The notes beneath the pieces are model-generated. The model searched no databases, was not told the DNA's origin, and saw nothing but the letters and a program-made list of their open reading frames with translations. A DNA stretch of 64,000 nt from an uncultured Candidatus Rokubacteria bacterium. Its GTDB lineage: Bacteria > Methylomirabilota > Methylomirabilia > Rokubacteriales > DASRDR01. The position numbers and the translations under genes are program-made. Location: the NCBI GenBank assembly GCA_963826115.1, contig CAWGVS010000012.1, positions 544,001 through 608,000 of the forward strand. The letters run 5' to 3'. Positions 32,324-43,450 of the stretch are shown piece by piece. Each line of letters begins with the position of its first letter. The stretch's first letter is position 1.

Positions 32324-33577
32324 CTACGCTCCCGCTCGGCCACCGCGCTCGATGCGATCAGCCGCGCCACGCTGTTCATCCGGATGACGGGCCTGGTGGC
32401 GAAGCACTGACTCCCGCTCGAGCCAGGTCGCCAGGGCCTCGCCGATGCGCCGGTGGCCCTCACGGTTCCAGTGCGAGTCGTGCGCGAACGTGAATCGCGC
32501 GACGTCGGCCGCGGAGATCGTCCGCGCGCTATCGAAGCACGCCGCCCCCCGGGCCGCGCACGCGGCATGGAGGCCCGCCAGCGTCGGATCGGCCGGCCGC
32601 GGCTCGCCGCTGTGGGCGACCAGGAGCGTGCGCAGGGGGATGCCGCGGGCGCCGGCCGCCCGCTCCATGGCGTCCACCAGGAAGAGGTGGTAGCGCAGAC
32701 GGAAGCTGGGGCTCACGGCCAGGGCTCGCTGCAGGTCGTCCGGGTGCACGCGGGTGATCTCCCGAGCGGGATCGCTGGTGAGCCACTCCGGCGCCGCCGG
32801 TTGCGCTCGCTGGACGGCCACCGCGGCCGAGGCCTTCGCCAGCCGGAAGCGCAGCCAATGGTAGAGGAGCGAGTGGTCCCGGAGCCACGCCTCCCACGGC
32901 CACGGCTCGCGCGGCAGCGCGACCCGCCCCGCTCCACGGTAGCGCATGCGTCCGGTGGCATCGATCATCCGCCACATCGGCTCGATACGGACCGGGAGCC
33001 GGTCGGCGCCGAGCGTGAGACGATTCAGACTCAGCTCCGTGAGGTCGTTCTCGCTCGAGGCCAGCAGGATCAGGTCGGGCTGGAAGTCCAGCCCCTGCGT
33101 CAGAAGATAGACGTAGTGCTGATCGGTGCTCCAGCCCGGTACGGCCGCCACCAGCACCTCGACCGGTCCCACGCGCTCGCTGAGGAGTCGCTCGAGCCGA
33201 GCGCCGAAGGCTTCCTCCTGCTCGACACCCCACCCGAAGGCGAACGAGTCGCCGAGCAGCAGGATCCGTGCGGCGCCCGCGGGCCTCGATGGGTCACGGT
33301 CCGGACCGCGCATGCCGAGGGCGTTGACGGCGACGGTCACCGCGAAATCCTGGTCGACGTGTCGGACCCGAACTCCGGGGCGCAGGGTAAAGCCCAGCCG
33401 CCCGTCGGGACGGTAGGGGTTGAAGGCGAAGCGATCGTCGCGCGTCGTGGCGCGGCTCAGCGCCGGCACCCAGTGCAGCACGACCTCGAAGAGGCCCAGG
33501 GTGAGCGCGCACGATGCGACGACCAGCCCGAGGCGTCCCAGCCAGCCGCGCATCCACGCCCACCGCCCGGGGATCAC
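32324..33577 (-). CDS. SGNH/GDSL-type hydrolase or acyltransferase, membrane-anchored
   Basis: LLLGDSFAFGWGV and DSHWNREGH. Confidence 0.8.
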   Translation of the reverse strand: MIPGRWAWMRGWLGRLGLVVASCALTLGLFEVVLHWVPALSRATTRDDRFAFNPYRPDGRLGFTLRPGVRVRHVDQDFAVTVAVNALGMRGPDRDPSRPAGAARILLLGDSFAFGWGVEQEEAFGARLERLLSERVGPVEVLVAAVPGWSTDQHYVYLLTQGLDFQPDLILLASSENDLTELSLNRLTLGADRLPVRIEPMWRMIDATGRMRYRGAGRVALPREPWPWEAWLRDHSLLYHWLRFRLAKASAAVAVQRAQPAAPEWLTSDPAREITRVHPDDLQRALAVSPSFRLRYHLFLVDAMERAAGARGIPLRTLLVAHSGEPRPADPTLAGLHAACAARGAACFDSARTISAADVARFTFAHDSHWNREGHRRIGEALATWLERESVLRHQARHPDEQRGAADRIERGGRAGA

Positions 33578-33870
33578 GATCTACGAGCGGCCCCGGCGCG
33601 CCGCGGTGGGGCTTGGCGCTCGGCCCGGCACGCCATCTCGCCGGCCAGCCCGTCCTCCGGGTGAATGGAGACGTGCTCGATGGTGCCCCCCGCGGCGGGC
33701 GCCTTCTTCACGGTCGCGTCGACGTCGAGCATGACACGGAGTCGCCAATGCCGATCTCGGCGCGACCTATCTTACCGCCGGGGCCCGGCCTCGCATGCGC
33801 CCGGTGGCGCCGAGGGGCCGCCGTGGCCGTCCGGTCTTTGCGGCGCCATCCAGCCAGAAGCCCACGTCAG

Positions 33871-33902
33871 AGAAAAGAAATCGGGCGACGGTATCGCGCC
33901 CG
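33871..33902 (-). terminator. Intrinsic terminator-like hairpin with U-tract and no adjacent minus-strand gene
   Basis: CGGGCG..CGCCCG followed by ATTTCTTTTCT. Confidence 0.5.
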
Positions 33903-33936
33903 TAGCAGCAAACGGAGCCTCGGGTAGGATGGAGTT

Positions 33937-34599
33937 GTGGATCCCGCCCTCCGATACCCTGCCGAATTCTACATCCCGCCGATCCTCGAGCTCATCGCCA
34001 TCATTCTCTTCGCCATTACGGGCGCGCTGAGCGCCGCGAGGCGCGGCTACGATTGGATCGGCGCCATGTCGATCGCCCTCGTCACCGGAGTCGGCGGCGG
34101 GCTCATGCGCGACATCCTCCTGAACGTTCGCCCGGTGTTCCTCGAGCATGAAGTGCACATCTGGGCGGTCCTCGCCGCCGTGCTCCTGAGCATCTTCCTG
34201 TTCCCGCTCGTTTCGCGAATGCGTTGGATCTTTCTCGGGGCCGACGCGCTCGGACTTGCGATGTATGCGGTGATCGGCACGCAGAAATCGCTGAATACCG
34301 GGCTGGGGATCTCCGCCGCCATCCTCATCGGCACGCTCAGCGCGATCGGCGGCGGGCTGATCCGGGACGTTCTCACCCGGGAGGAAGCGAGCCTGCTGAA
34401 GCCGGGGCAGTGGTACGCGGGGATTGCGCTCGGGGGAAGCGTGCTCTTCTGTCTCCTGAGCCGATTCTTGCACGTGCCCCCCGCCGTCGCCGGGACCCTC
34501 GTCGTTCTCGTCGCCTTCACGGCGAGAATTCTCGCGTACCGCTACGATCTTCAGACCCGGGCGGTCAGGCCCGTGGGATTCGATCCGCATCATTCCTGA
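33937..34599 (+). CDS. TRIC/UPF0126 family membrane protein
   Basis: FAITGAL, TGVGGGLMRDILL, DALGL and GGGLIRDVL. Confidence 0.9.
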   Translation: MDPALRYPAEFYIPPILELIAIILFAITGALSAARRGYDWIGAMSIALVTGVGGGLMRDILLNVRPVFLEHEVHIWAVLAAVLLSIFLFPLVSRMRWIFLGADALGLAMYAVIGTQKSLNTGLGISAAILIGTLSAIGGGLIRDVLTREEASLLKPGQWYAGIALGGSVLFCLLSRFLHVPPAVAGTLVVLVAFTARILAYRYDLQTRAVRPVGFDPHHS

Positions 34600-34788
34600 C
34601 CACCGCTGCCGGACCGGTCCCGCCCCGCATGCCCCGACCGGCAGACGGCGCGCGCCTCGGTCGACGTCGACACCCTCGAGTGGGCGGACCGCGAAGGCCG
34701 CCTCCGCGCCCAGAGATCCATCGGGACGCTTCGGTGCGCCTCGCCGGAGCGATGCGGCCCCCCAGGCCTGCCGGGCGGCTGCCCGGTA

Positions 34789-35427
34789 CTATGCGGTCCG
34801 GGGCCGGCCGGTTGGGTTGAGCGCTTTGAAGGCGAATGCCGCCGCGGTCCCTCCCAGCAGCTCCGCAGCGATGTAGAGCCATAGGGTGGACCACGGGAGC
34901 AGGCCCCGGATCGTGGCGCCGAAGGCGACGGCCGGGTTGAAGGCCGCTCCCGACACCTGGCCGACGGCAAATGCGCCAGCCAGGACCGTGAAGCCGATCG
35001 CGAGACCGAAGTAGGAATTCCCGGCTGTTGCGTCGGCCGTGGCCACGTTCAACACGACGTACACCAGCGCAAACGTGAAAATGAGCTCGGCCAGAAACAC
35101 CCCGACTACGGGGGCATGGAATGGAGTCACCGGCGCGCCCCGAAGGGCGAAGCCGACGATCCAGGCCGCGGCGGCGGCACCCAGCAGTTGCGCCCCGCAG
35201 TATGGCAGCACGTCCGAGGCCGGACACCGCCCCCGCAGGAACACCCCGAGCGTGACTGCCGGGTTGTAGTGGGCGCCCGAGATGTGGCCGCCCGCGTAGA
35301 TCATCGCCATCAGCACGGCCCCGATGGCCAGCGGCGCGATCACGCCCGGAGCCGCTGCGAGCCCCGTGCAGCCGATCGTCAACACGAGAAAGAACGTTCC
35401 GATGAATTCCACGGCGTACTGGCGCAT
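34789..35427 (-). CDS. Aquaporin (MIP family)
   Basis: Two NPA motifs (HYNPAVT, AFNPAVA). Confidence 0.93.
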   Translation of the reverse strand: MRQYAVEFIGTFFLVLTIGCTGLAAAPGVIAPLAIGAVLMAMIYAGGHISGAHYNPAVTLGVFLRGRCPASDVLPYCGAQLLGAAAAAWIVGFALRGAPVTPFHAPVVGVFLAELIFTFALVYVVLNVATADATAGNSYFGLAIGFTVLAGAFAVGQVSGAAFNPAVAFGATIRGLLPWSTLWLYIAAELLGGTAAAFAFKALNPTGRPRTA

Positions 35428-35729
35428 GGCGCGTCCTTTCGTCCGGATTGTCGGACCTCGTCCGCGGCCAACCTCAACTAAGAAGCGGTGTATCGTGGCG
35501 CGGCCGACACCTTCAAGATCCCAGGTGGTGCGAAGCCTGCTTCCCGCCCCTTCCCCGATTCCGCCGTCAGCCCAGTGGGCGCATTCCCCAGGATGGCCGC
35601 ACTCTAGCGTGCGGCCGGCCGGCCCGACAAGGCTGGAGCGGGCCGGGGCGGCTCGGGGAGACGCAGGTGAGACCCGGCCCCTGCGCGCGGCCCGCCGCCT
35701 TCCTGGCTCTTCCGCGCGGAACGCAACGG

Positions 35730-37142
35730 CTACGTGGCTCGCGCCGGCCACACCGGCTCGTGGTAGCCGAGCGGCACCGAGGGCCGGGCCCAGCGCGGCG
35801 CCGTCTCGGAGAGGCGCACCACCGGACCGAGATGGTGCAGCCGACCGGCCGGCGTCTCGCTCGTCATCGACCAGCGCTCCAGCTCCGCGGGGGTGAATTC
35901 CTTCGGCACGTCCTTCAGCTCGGCCTCCGACACCTGACCGCGGCCGACGAGCCAGTGCCCAGTCTGCGCCAGGGAGATACGCACGAGCCAACTACCCCCC
36001 TCACGCACGCGGCGGGTGAGAGCCACCACCGCGCCGAACGCCATCAGATACCCAGTCAGATAGTCGATCGCCGACGCCGGATAGAACTGCGGGCCCGACG
36101 AGGGACCGGGAAAGAGTTCCCCCTGACGGCCGGCGATGCCACTGACCGCCTGCACGACCGTGTCGAAACCACGCCGCGCCGCCCACGGACCGGCATGGCC
36201 GAAAGCGCACAGCGTGACGAAGACAATCCCGGGTCGCAAGCGCGTCAGCGCCTCGGGCGAGAACCCGCGATCGCCGAGGGTGCCCGGCCGGTAGCCTTGG
36301 GAAAACACGTCGGCCTCGCGGACGAGCCCGCGTAGGGTCTCGATGTCTTTCGGCTCGCGCAGATCCAGATGGGCGCAGAGCTTTCCGTGGCCGGTATCGT
36401 ATTCCTGGTAGCCGAGATTCGGCAGGTGCGCACCCGTGATCTTCAGGACGTCGGCGCCGTGCTCGGCGAGGGTGCGCGCGCAGGTCGGCCCGGCGAGGAC
36501 CCGTGTCAAGTCGAGCACCCGGATCCCCGACAACGGCCGACCCGCGTCGGGGAGCTCTTCCGGCGGGCTGTCGCCGATCTTGACGACCTCCATCAGCGGC
36601 AACGAGGCGATGGCGGCGGCCTGCGGGTGCCGAGTCCATTCCCGCATGGTGCGCACCATGCCGCCCGCGCCCTTCGCGGCGATGATCGCCTCCTCGAGCG
36701 CGAGCGCATCCCACTTCGCCACTGCTTGGCGCACCGCCTCGCGGTCTTCCGGGACGCCCAGCACGCGGAGGGCGGCGGCACGATGGTTCGGGAAGTTGCA
36801 GTGGAGATAGCTCCAGCGCCCGTCCTTGGCCGGATAGAAACCCATCACCGTGTTGCGCTCGGTCGACACGGGCGCTCCGTCCAGCTTCATGTAGTGCCCG
36901 CTGCGGAGCGAGGCCGTCGCCTGGCGACTGTCGACCGCGACGTCCTGATGGCGCCCGGTGCGCAAGGCCCACAGATCGGAGACGGCGAGACCGAGCGCCG
37001 CCAGCGCGGCCGCCGCGGTCTCGCCAATGCGGAACGGCGTCGGCAGGATCGGATCGGCGCCACCAGTGATCTCGACCGCGCGAGCGCGATCCTCGCCCCA
37101 GCCGGCGACCGGCAAGATCGTGCGCAGGGCATCATTCGGCAT
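35730..37142 (-). CDS. CaiB/BaiF family III CoA-transferase
   Basis: LSGIRVLDLTRVLAGP, LAEHGADVL and RRGFD. Confidence 0.9.
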   Translation of the reverse strand: MPNDALRTILPVAGWGEDRARAVEITGGADPILPTPFRIGETAAAALAALGLAVSDLWALRTGRHQDVAVDSRQATASLRSGHYMKLDGAPVSTERNTVMGFYPAKDGRWSYLHCNFPNHRAAALRVLGVPEDREAVRQAVAKWDALALEEAIIAAKGAGGMVRTMREWTRHPQAAAIASLPLMEVVKIGDSPPEELPDAGRPLSGIRVLDLTRVLAGPTCARTLAEHGADVLKITGAHLPNLGYQEYDTGHGKLCAHLDLREPKDIETLRGLVREADVFSQGYRPGTLGDRGFSPEALTRLRPGIVFVTLCAFGHAGPWAARRGFDTVVQAVSGIAGRQGELFPGPSSGPQFYPASAIDYLTGYLMAFGAVVALTRRVREGGSWLVRISLAQTGHWLVGRGQVSEAELKDVPKEFTPAELERWSMTSETPAGRLHHLGPVVRLSETAPRWARPSVPLGYHEPVWPARAT

Positions 37143-37386
37143 GGTGGGAACTCCCCCTCGTCGCGAGGTTGGCGCCTATTAACCCACATTTTCGATTGAG
37201 GGCCGAACGGACCCGGCGCGACTTCCCGCGAGGGGAAGCAGCCTCGGCCGCCGCCTCGGACCGGGACCGCCGGAGGACCAGCCCGCCCCAGGGGCGCCGT
37301 GCGACCAACGCATCGGAAAGCCCGGGCCGCACTTCAGCGTCGGCGGCGACCGGCAAGGAGGCCCGAAATGCGGAAGCTGCCGCGGG

Positions 37387-37557
37387 TGGTGCGCCGTGAA
37401 GAAATCGACCCTTCAACCGACTGATCAAGAGTCCCCGCAGGGGTCCACGCATCGCCACGCGTCAGGCCCCATCCGCCCGTCACACCGAGAACACGTCTTG
37501 CGTGTTCCCTCCCGTTCGTCGTCGTCCATCTCGGCGACTTGGCACCGTCGTGGAACC
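37387..37557 (-). mobile_element. att-like site 1: tRNA-Lys(CTT) 3' half (37387-37433) plus arm repeats
   Basis: 5 mismatches in 47 nt vs the copy at 54056; TGGCACC (37540) and TGGAACC (37551). Confidence 0.75.
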
Positions 37558-37581
37558 GGACTACGTGCCCCGCCGGGTCGG

Positions 37582-38679
37582 CTACTCCTCGAGGAGCACG
37601 CAGTCCCGGGGGTCGGCGCTGACGAAGACCTCCTCGCCCTCGGCCATCGGCTCCGATGCCGCCGAGCGCACGATGAGGCGCCGCCCGTCCCAGTCCACAT
37701 GGTATTGCGTGAAGTCGCCGTGGAACACGCGCTGCCGGATCCGGGCGGGCCACACGTTGACCGATCCGGGCGACGGCGCGCGCGCCAGGCGGAGGCGCAC
37801 GGTGCGGATGGCCACGAGCGCCTCGGCGCCGCTTCGGCGGTCGAGGGCGGTCCCGTGGAGGAGCGCGCCGCTCGGCGTCTCGATGACCACGAGCCCGTCC
37901 TGCTCGAGGTCGGGCCGCCGCCGGCCGCGGATGAGGTTCGCCGATCCGACGAAGTCGGCCACGAACGTGTTGCGCGGGCGGTCGTAGATCTCGGCCGGCG
38001 TCCCGACCTGCTCGATGGCCCCGTCCCGCATCACCACCACGCGGTCGGAGATGGCCAGCGCTTCCTCGAGGTCGTGGGTGACGTACACCGAGGTGATGCC
38101 GAGTCGGCGCTGGAGCTCCTTCAGCTCGACCCGCATCTCCGCGCGCAGCTTGGCGTCGAGGTTCGACAGCGGCTCGTCGAAGAGGAGCACCGCGGGGGAG
38201 AAGACGAAGGCGCGGGCGAGAGCCACGCGCTGCTGCTGGCCGCCGGAGAGCTTGGCGGCGCTACGGCGGCCGAGGTCACCCAGCTGGACCAGGTCGAGCG
38301 CCTCGCGCACCCGCGCCGTCACCTCCGCGTCCGGCCGCTTCCGCACCCGCAGGCCGTAGGCGACGTTGTCGAAGACGCTCATGTGCGGCCAGATGGCGTA
38401 CGACTGGAAGACCATCGAGAGTCCGCGGTCCTCGGCGGGAACGTTCACCCGCGCGGTGGACGAGAAGACCGGGCGACCGCCGATCCGGATCTCGCCCGAT
38501 GTCGGCCGCTCGAGGCCGGCGATCGCCCGCAGCGTCGTCGTCTTGCCGCAGCCCGAGGGGCCGAGCAGGGTCAGGTGCTCGCCCGCGCCGACGTCGAACG
38601 TCACCCCGCGCACCGCGACCACCGCGCCGTAGTGGACGGTCAGGTCGCGGACCTCGATCGATGCCTGGCGCGTGCTCAC
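37582..38679 (-). CDS. ABC transporter ATP-binding protein (Fe3+/polyamine type)
   Basis: [16 protein letters not shown] and FDEPLSNLD. Confidence 0.93.
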   Translation of the reverse strand: MSTRQASIEVRDLTVHYGAVVAVRGVTFDVGAGEHLTLLGPSGCGKTTTLRAIAGLERPTSGEIRIGGRPVFSSTARVNVPAEDRGLSMVFQSYAIWPHMSVFDNVAYGLRVRKRPDAEVTARVREALDLVQLGDLGRRSAAKLSGGQQQRVALARAFVFSPAVLLFDEPLSNLDAKLRAEMRVELKELQRRLGITSVYVTHDLEEALAISDRVVVMRDGAIEQVGTPAEIYDRPRNTFVADFVGSANLIRGRRRPDLEQDGLVVIETPSGALLHGTALDRRSGAEALVAIRTVRLRLARAPSPGSVNVWPARIRQRVFHGDFTQYHVDWDGRRLIVRSAASEPMAEGEEVFVSADPRDCVLLEE

Positions 38680-40376
38680 TCCGCTCCCGCCTGGACGGCT
38701 CGGCGCGCCGCCGCGAAGAGCACCGCCAGCGCGACGGCCACCGCCAGGGTCTGCAGCACGGCCAGCGCCGCGGTGAGCTCGGAGTGGGTGGAGAACCAGG
38801 ACTCGACGATGGCCGGCGTCAGGACCTTGGCCTTCGGTCCCATGAGCAGGATGGACGCGCCGAGCTCCCGCACGCTGGCGATGAAGAGCAGGAGCCACGC
38901 CGCGATCAGGCCCGGCCGGAGCAGCGGCATGGTGACGGTGCGCAGCCGGTAGCCCCAGCCCGCGCCGCACATCTGGGCGGACTCCTCGAGCGAGCGGTCG
39001 ATCTGGAGGATGACGCCCGCGATCGTCCGGAGCCCGAGCGGCAGGAACACGGTGAGGTATGCGATCAGGAGCAGCCACAGCGTGCCGTAGATGGGGATCG
39101 GGAAGACCAGCCACGCCCACAGCATCCCGAACGCAAAGACCAGGCGCGGCACCGCCTGCGGGAGCATCAGGAGGTACTCGATGGCGCCGGCGCCGGGCAG
39201 CCGCGAGCGATAGATCAGCCACGCGAGGAACCCCATCAGGGGGACGCCGATGCTCGCGGTGGCGACGCCGAGGAGGAGGCTGTTCCAGAGCGCGGACTGG
39301 ACCGCGTCGAGGGACAGGGCGGTCGCGTAGTTGGCCAGCGTGAAGTTGTCCCGGCGCGGCCAGAGCGTCGTCAGCCGCTGGAACGAGGCGTAGACGATCG
39401 TCAGCACGGGCAGGAACACGGCGACGACGAGGTACGCCACGCAGAGGGCGAAGAGCGGCCAGCGGAGGCCGCGGACGTCCAGAACGCGCGGGCGGAAGGC
39501 CTTGCCGGTGATGGTGGCGTAGGTGCCGCGGGTCACGATGCGGCGGTAGATCCGCACCATGGCGAACATCACGGCGAACAGCGCCACCCCCATGGCGGCC
39601 GCCGTCGGGAACCGCGGCGGGTACTGCGACACCATCTGGTACATCGCCGTGGTGACGACGTAGAAGCGGCTCGGGAGCCCCAGGACCAGCGCCGCCGAGA
39701 ACGAGCCCAGCATCTCGGCGAAGACGAAGATGGCGGCGCCCAGAACGCCGGGCAGGACCAGCGGCAGCGTGATCCGGAGCATGGTCCGCAGGCGCCCGGC
39801 GCCCAGCACCTGCGAGGCCTCCTCGAGCGCGGGGTCCATCGACTTCATCACGGCGGCGATCATCACGAAGGCCACCGAGCCCTCGAAGAGGGCCATCACC
39901 CACGCGATCCCCCAGGGCGTGTTGATGTCGATCAGGTGGCTCCGCCCCCCCAGCGCTCGCCAGAGCTGGTTCGCGAAGCCGCTGCTGGCCGAGCCGATGA
40001 GCGCCCACGCCAGAGCGCCCATGAGCGGGGTCACGTAGTAGGGCATGGCCATCAGCTGCTCGAGCGCGCCACGGCCGGGGACGTTCGCGCGCGAGAGAGT
40101 CCACGCCAGGGCGAATCCGGCGACCACCGCGAGGACGGTGGCCACGCTCGCCACCATCAGCGTGTTGCCGAAGATGTGGGCGTAGCGGCCGAGGCCCGTG
40201 AAGTTGTCGAGGCCGTACGCCTCCGGCGGGCGCGCCTGCGGGTCGCCCACGCTGAGCGAGGCCTGGATCAGATAGGCGATCGGGTAGAGAACCAGGGCGG
40301 CCGCGGCGCCGCTCACCACCAGGCTGACAAGGAGCGGGCCCGGCCGCCAGGACCGGGCCCGCCCCACGAGGTCCAC
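38676..40376 (-). CDS. Fe3+-type ABC transporter permease (duplicated TMD)
   Basis: Two EAA loops ([20 protein letters not shown]). Confidence 0.9.
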   Translation of the reverse strand: MDLVGRARSWRPGPLLVSLVVSGAAAALVLYPIAYLIQASLSVGDPQARPPEAYGLDNFTGLGRYAHIFGNTLMVASVATVLAVVAGFALAWTLSRANVPGRGALEQLMAMPYYVTPLMGALAWALIGSASSGFANQLWRALGGRSHLIDINTPWGIAWVMALFEGSVAFVMIAAVMKSMDPALEEASQVLGAGRLRTMLRITLPLVLPGVLGAAIFVFAEMLGSFSAALVLGLPSRFYVVTTAMYQMVSQYPPRFPTAAAMGVALFAVMFAMVRIYRRIVTRGTYATITGKAFRPRVLDVRGLRWPLFALCVAYLVVAVFLPVLTIVYASFQRLTTLWPRRDNFTLANYATALSLDAVQSALWNSLLLGVATASIGVPLMGFLAWLIYRSRLPGAGAIEYLLMLPQAVPRLVFAFGMLWAWLVFPIPIYGTLWLLLIAYLTVFLPLGLRTIAGVILQIDRSLEESAQMCGAGWGYRLRTVTMPLLRPGLIAAWLLLFIASVRELGASILLMGPKAKVLTPAIVESWFSTHSELTAALAVLQTLAVAVALAVLFAAARRAVQAGAE

Positions 40377-40386
40377 GGCGCGGGGC

Positions 40387-41487
40387 TCAGAGCCCCATGA
40401 GTGCGTTCCACTCCTTCACGAACACGGGATGGCTCGCCACGTAGTCGTTCCAGTCCGACGGGAACAGGAGCTTGAAGTCGGCGAGCCGCTTGCCGGTGGG
40501 CATCGGCTCGGCGTCCGTCCGCAGCGACCCGTAGAGGAGGATCTTCTGGTTCTGGTAGACGGCCTGGCCGCGCTTGGACAGCGCCCAGTCCACGAAGAGC
40601 TTCGCCGCCTCCGGATGGGGCGCCCGGTTGACCACCCCGATGAAGAACGACGTCGCCGGGAGCCCGTCGGTCGGCGCCACGAACTCGATCTCCGCGCCCT
40701 TCTCCGAGAAGAGCGTGTAGCCGGCGTACTCCGCCAGCACGCACATGCGATCCTCGCCCTTCGACAGCCGGTCGAAGAGCTGGGCGCGCGCGTCGAACCC
40801 CTTCGGCCGCTGCTTGGCGAACTCCTGCCAGAACTCGGCGCCGTAGAGCTTCCTCAGCATGTACCACTGGGCGTGCTGCATGCCCGACGTGGCGAGCTTG
40901 GCGCTGATCCCGTCCTTGTAGGCCGGGTTGAGGATGTCCTTCCACCCCTTGGGCGCCTGGTCCGCGGTCATCTTGGTGCGGTTGTAGGCGATGCCGGCGA
41001 AGGTCACGCCGCCCCAGCCGTAATAGCCCGCCGGGCTCGACTGGTGCTCGGGCTTGTACGCCGCGTACTCCGGCGAGAGGTACTGCTCGTACCCGCCCTT
41101 CTTCTGGAAGTCCATCGCCGGCGAGATGTCGGAGACCTGCAGCACGTCGACGCCGAAGCGCCCGGCCGACCGTTCGGCCGTGATCTTCGCGTAGAGCGCG
41201 CCGGTCTGGAGGCGCACGTAGCTCGTCTTGATCTTCGGGAAGTCCTTCTTGAACCCGTCGAGCAGGGTCGCGATCCCGGCCTCGCCGTCGTGGCCGTAGT
41301 ACACGACCTCACCCTCCTGCTCGGCCTTGGCGACGTCGGCGCCGGTCTGGAAATCCAGTACCTTCGTGCTGCGCACCTGGGCGGAGGCGACCGGCGCGCG
41401 TCCCAGGATCGACGCTCCCGCGGCGGCGAGGGCTCCGGTCGCGAGGAAGCGGCGCCGGCTGACAGGGAGGTTGCCAGGCTCAGCCAT
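40387..41487 (-). CDS. ABC transporter substrate-binding protein with Tat signal
   Basis: SRRRFL twin-arginine motif; APHPEAAKLFVDW. Confidence 0.88.
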   Translation of the reverse strand: MAEPGNLPVSRRRFLATGALAAAGASILGRAPVASAQVRSTKVLDFQTGADVAKAEQEGEVVYYGHDGEAGIATLLDGFKKDFPKIKTSYVRLQTGALYAKITAERSAGRFGVDVLQVSDISPAMDFQKKGGYEQYLSPEYAAYKPEHQSSPAGYYGWGGVTFAGIAYNRTKMTADQAPKGWKDILNPAYKDGISAKLATSGMQHAQWYMLRKLYGAEFWQEFAKQRPKGFDARAQLFDRLSKGEDRMCVLAEYAGYTLFSEKGAEIEFVAPTDGLPATSFFIGVVNRAPHPEAAKLFVDWALSKRGQAVYQNQKILLYGSLRTDAEPMPTGKRLADFKLLFPSDWNDYVASHPVFVKEWNALMGL

Positions 41488-41982
41488 GGGATCTCCTCCA
41501 AGTTGAGGATGTCGAACGGCGGGTTGGTCACCCCGTCCCCCGACACTATCACCGGATCGCGGACCAGTGCCAGCCGTCGATGTCCATCCGCCCGGCCACG
41601 GACAAGCCGGCCTTGGCGAAGATGACGTCGTCCTAGTGGAGGTGCACCCACTTGCCCACCGCACCGCGGCGGACGGGCGCCTCGGGTCCAATGGCCGTCG
41701 CGGGACCCGGCTACCTGCCACCGGAGCAGCAGGAGGCACGCGCGATCGCATTTCCGGGGCACGCGAGATCGGCCCGCGTCAGCGGGACGGAGGCGGTGGA
41801 GACAACCGCCCGCCAGGTCGCGAGGGCGGGAAAGAGGGCGGCATCGATCATTAAGTCCTTCTTACCATTCTGGTGAGAACGTTTCCCTGGACTACAGAGT
41901 CTCGGGTGGACAGGATGCGGCAACGCCAGGGCCACCGGTCGCCGTCTCGACGGCCGGACGAGCCTCGCGGAGGAGGCGCTTC

Positions 41983-42085
41983 ATGCCACGCACCCTGCTC
42001 GACAAGGTGTGGGACGCCCACACGCTTCGGACGCCGCCGTCCGGTCAAACCCGGCTCCTTGCCGGACTCCACCTCATCCACGATG
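41983..42085 (+). pseudogene. leuC: N-terminal relic of 3-isopropylmalate dehydratase large subunit
   Basis: RBS plus MPRTLLDKVWDAHT..GQTRLLAGLHLIHD, after which similarity stops. Confidence 0.75.
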
Positions 42086-42218
42086 GTGACGTCGCCGCAA
42101 GCCGTCCAGGCGCTCAAGCGGTGACGGCGCCCAAACGGCTCGAGGGCGCGCTCCGGACCCCGCTCGAGTGGGTGGTCGACATGAAGCTCGTTCTCAGCTG
42201 TTTCCCCCGGGGAGGACA

Positions 42219-43364
42219 ATGACACTCACCATGCAAGACTCGCTGACGCTCGGATTCTTCATCCAGCCGGTTCACCCGCCGGGCCGCCCCTACGCGGACG
42301 TTCTCCGCGAGGATCGCGAAGCCGTCGTGCTCGCCGATCGACTCGGCTATCGCGAAGCCTTCATCGGCGAGCATCTCGTCGACGCGGCCGAGACGATCAC
42401 CTCGAGCCTCGCGTTCATTGCGAGCCTGGCCGATGCCTGCCCGTCGATCACCTTCGGTACCGGCGTGCTTCCGCTTGCCAACTACCATCCGGCGATGGCG
42501 GCGGCGCAGGTCGCCATGGTCGACCATCTGGTCCACGGCCGGCTCGTGCTCGGAGTGGGGCCCGGCGTTCGCCCCGACGCGGAGGCGATCGGAGACCTGG
42601 GCTCGGATCGCAACCGAAAGACCCAGGAGGCGCTCGAGCACATGTGCCGGATCTGGAGCGAAGCGCCACCGTACCGGATCGAAGGCGAGTTCTACCGGAC
42701 CACCACGGAGGGCTCGTTCGATCCGCAGATCGGGGTCGGCGGCGCAGTCCGCCCGCTGCAACGGCCGCATCCGCCGATCGCCATCACCTCGATCCGCCCC
42801 GACGGCCGCGGCCCGCACGCGGCGGGAGCTCGCGGCTGGACCGGGATCTCGGCCAGCTACGTCGGCGCGTACGTCGTCCGCGCCCACATCCGGAGCTACC
42901 TGGAGGGCCGGCGCTCGGCGGGCCTGTCAGCCGACGCCTCCGGCTGGCGTGTCGCGCGCAGTGTCTTCGTCGCCGATGAAGACCTCACGGCGCGTCGCTA
43001 CGCGCATCGCGAGGACGGCGCCCACGGCTTCTACTTCCACGTGATGAAGACCAAGCTCGCGAAGGCCGGCGCCCTGGACGTGATGCGCGACTTTCGCGAC
43101 CAGCCGGATTCCGAGCTCTCGACGCAGCGGCGCCTCGAGCGGCTCGTGATCGCGGGGACCCCGGAGAGCGTCGCGGACCAGATTCTCGAGTTCCGCAACG
43201 AAGTCGGCGCGTTCGGCACCTTGCTGTACACGGGACACGACTGGACCGATCCGGCGCTCGCCCGGCGCTCGATGGAGCTCATGGCGAACGACGTCTGGCC
43301 CCGGATCGATCGAGCCCTGCGTGAGACGACACCGCGAACGGGTGGAACGGGACGCCCTGATTGA
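42219..43364 (+). CDS. LLM-class flavin-dependent monooxygenase
   Basis: ADRLGYREAFIGEH, FGTGV, LQRPHPPI and IAGTPESVADQI. Confidence 0.88.
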   Translation: MTLTMQDSLTLGFFIQPVHPPGRPYADVLREDREAVVLADRLGYREAFIGEHLVDAAETITSSLAFIASLADACPSITFGTGVLPLANYHPAMAAAQVAMVDHLVHGRLVLGVGPGVRPDAEAIGDLGSDRNRKTQEALEHMCRIWSEAPPYRIEGEFYRTTTEGSFDPQIGVGGAVRPLQRPHPPIAITSIRPDGRGPHAAGARGWTGISASYVGAYVVRAHIRSYLEGRRSAGLSADASGWRVARSVFVADEDLTARRYAHREDGAHGFYFHVMKTKLAKAGALDVMRDFRDQPDSELSTQRRLERLVIAGTPESVADQILEFRNEVGAFGTLLYTGHDWTDPALARRSMELMANDVWPRIDRALRETTPRTGGTGRPD

Positions 43365-43450
43365 GGGACATCCACATGTCGCCAAGCGCAATGCCGGCAA
43401 GCCGGCGCATCGTTCAGATATGCCCGTCGTGGTAGGAGGTGATACGCCCA

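Noticed and set aside
41560-41710. Protein-like minus-strand stretch (GKWVHLH*DDVIFAKAGLSVAGRMDIDGWHW)
   Set aside because: Probably another relic, but I cannot assign a family
41871-41901. TGGTGAG...AGAGTC resembling another tRNA-Lys half
   Set aside because: The interior does not align, the length is wrong, and no arm repeats lie at ~107 bp
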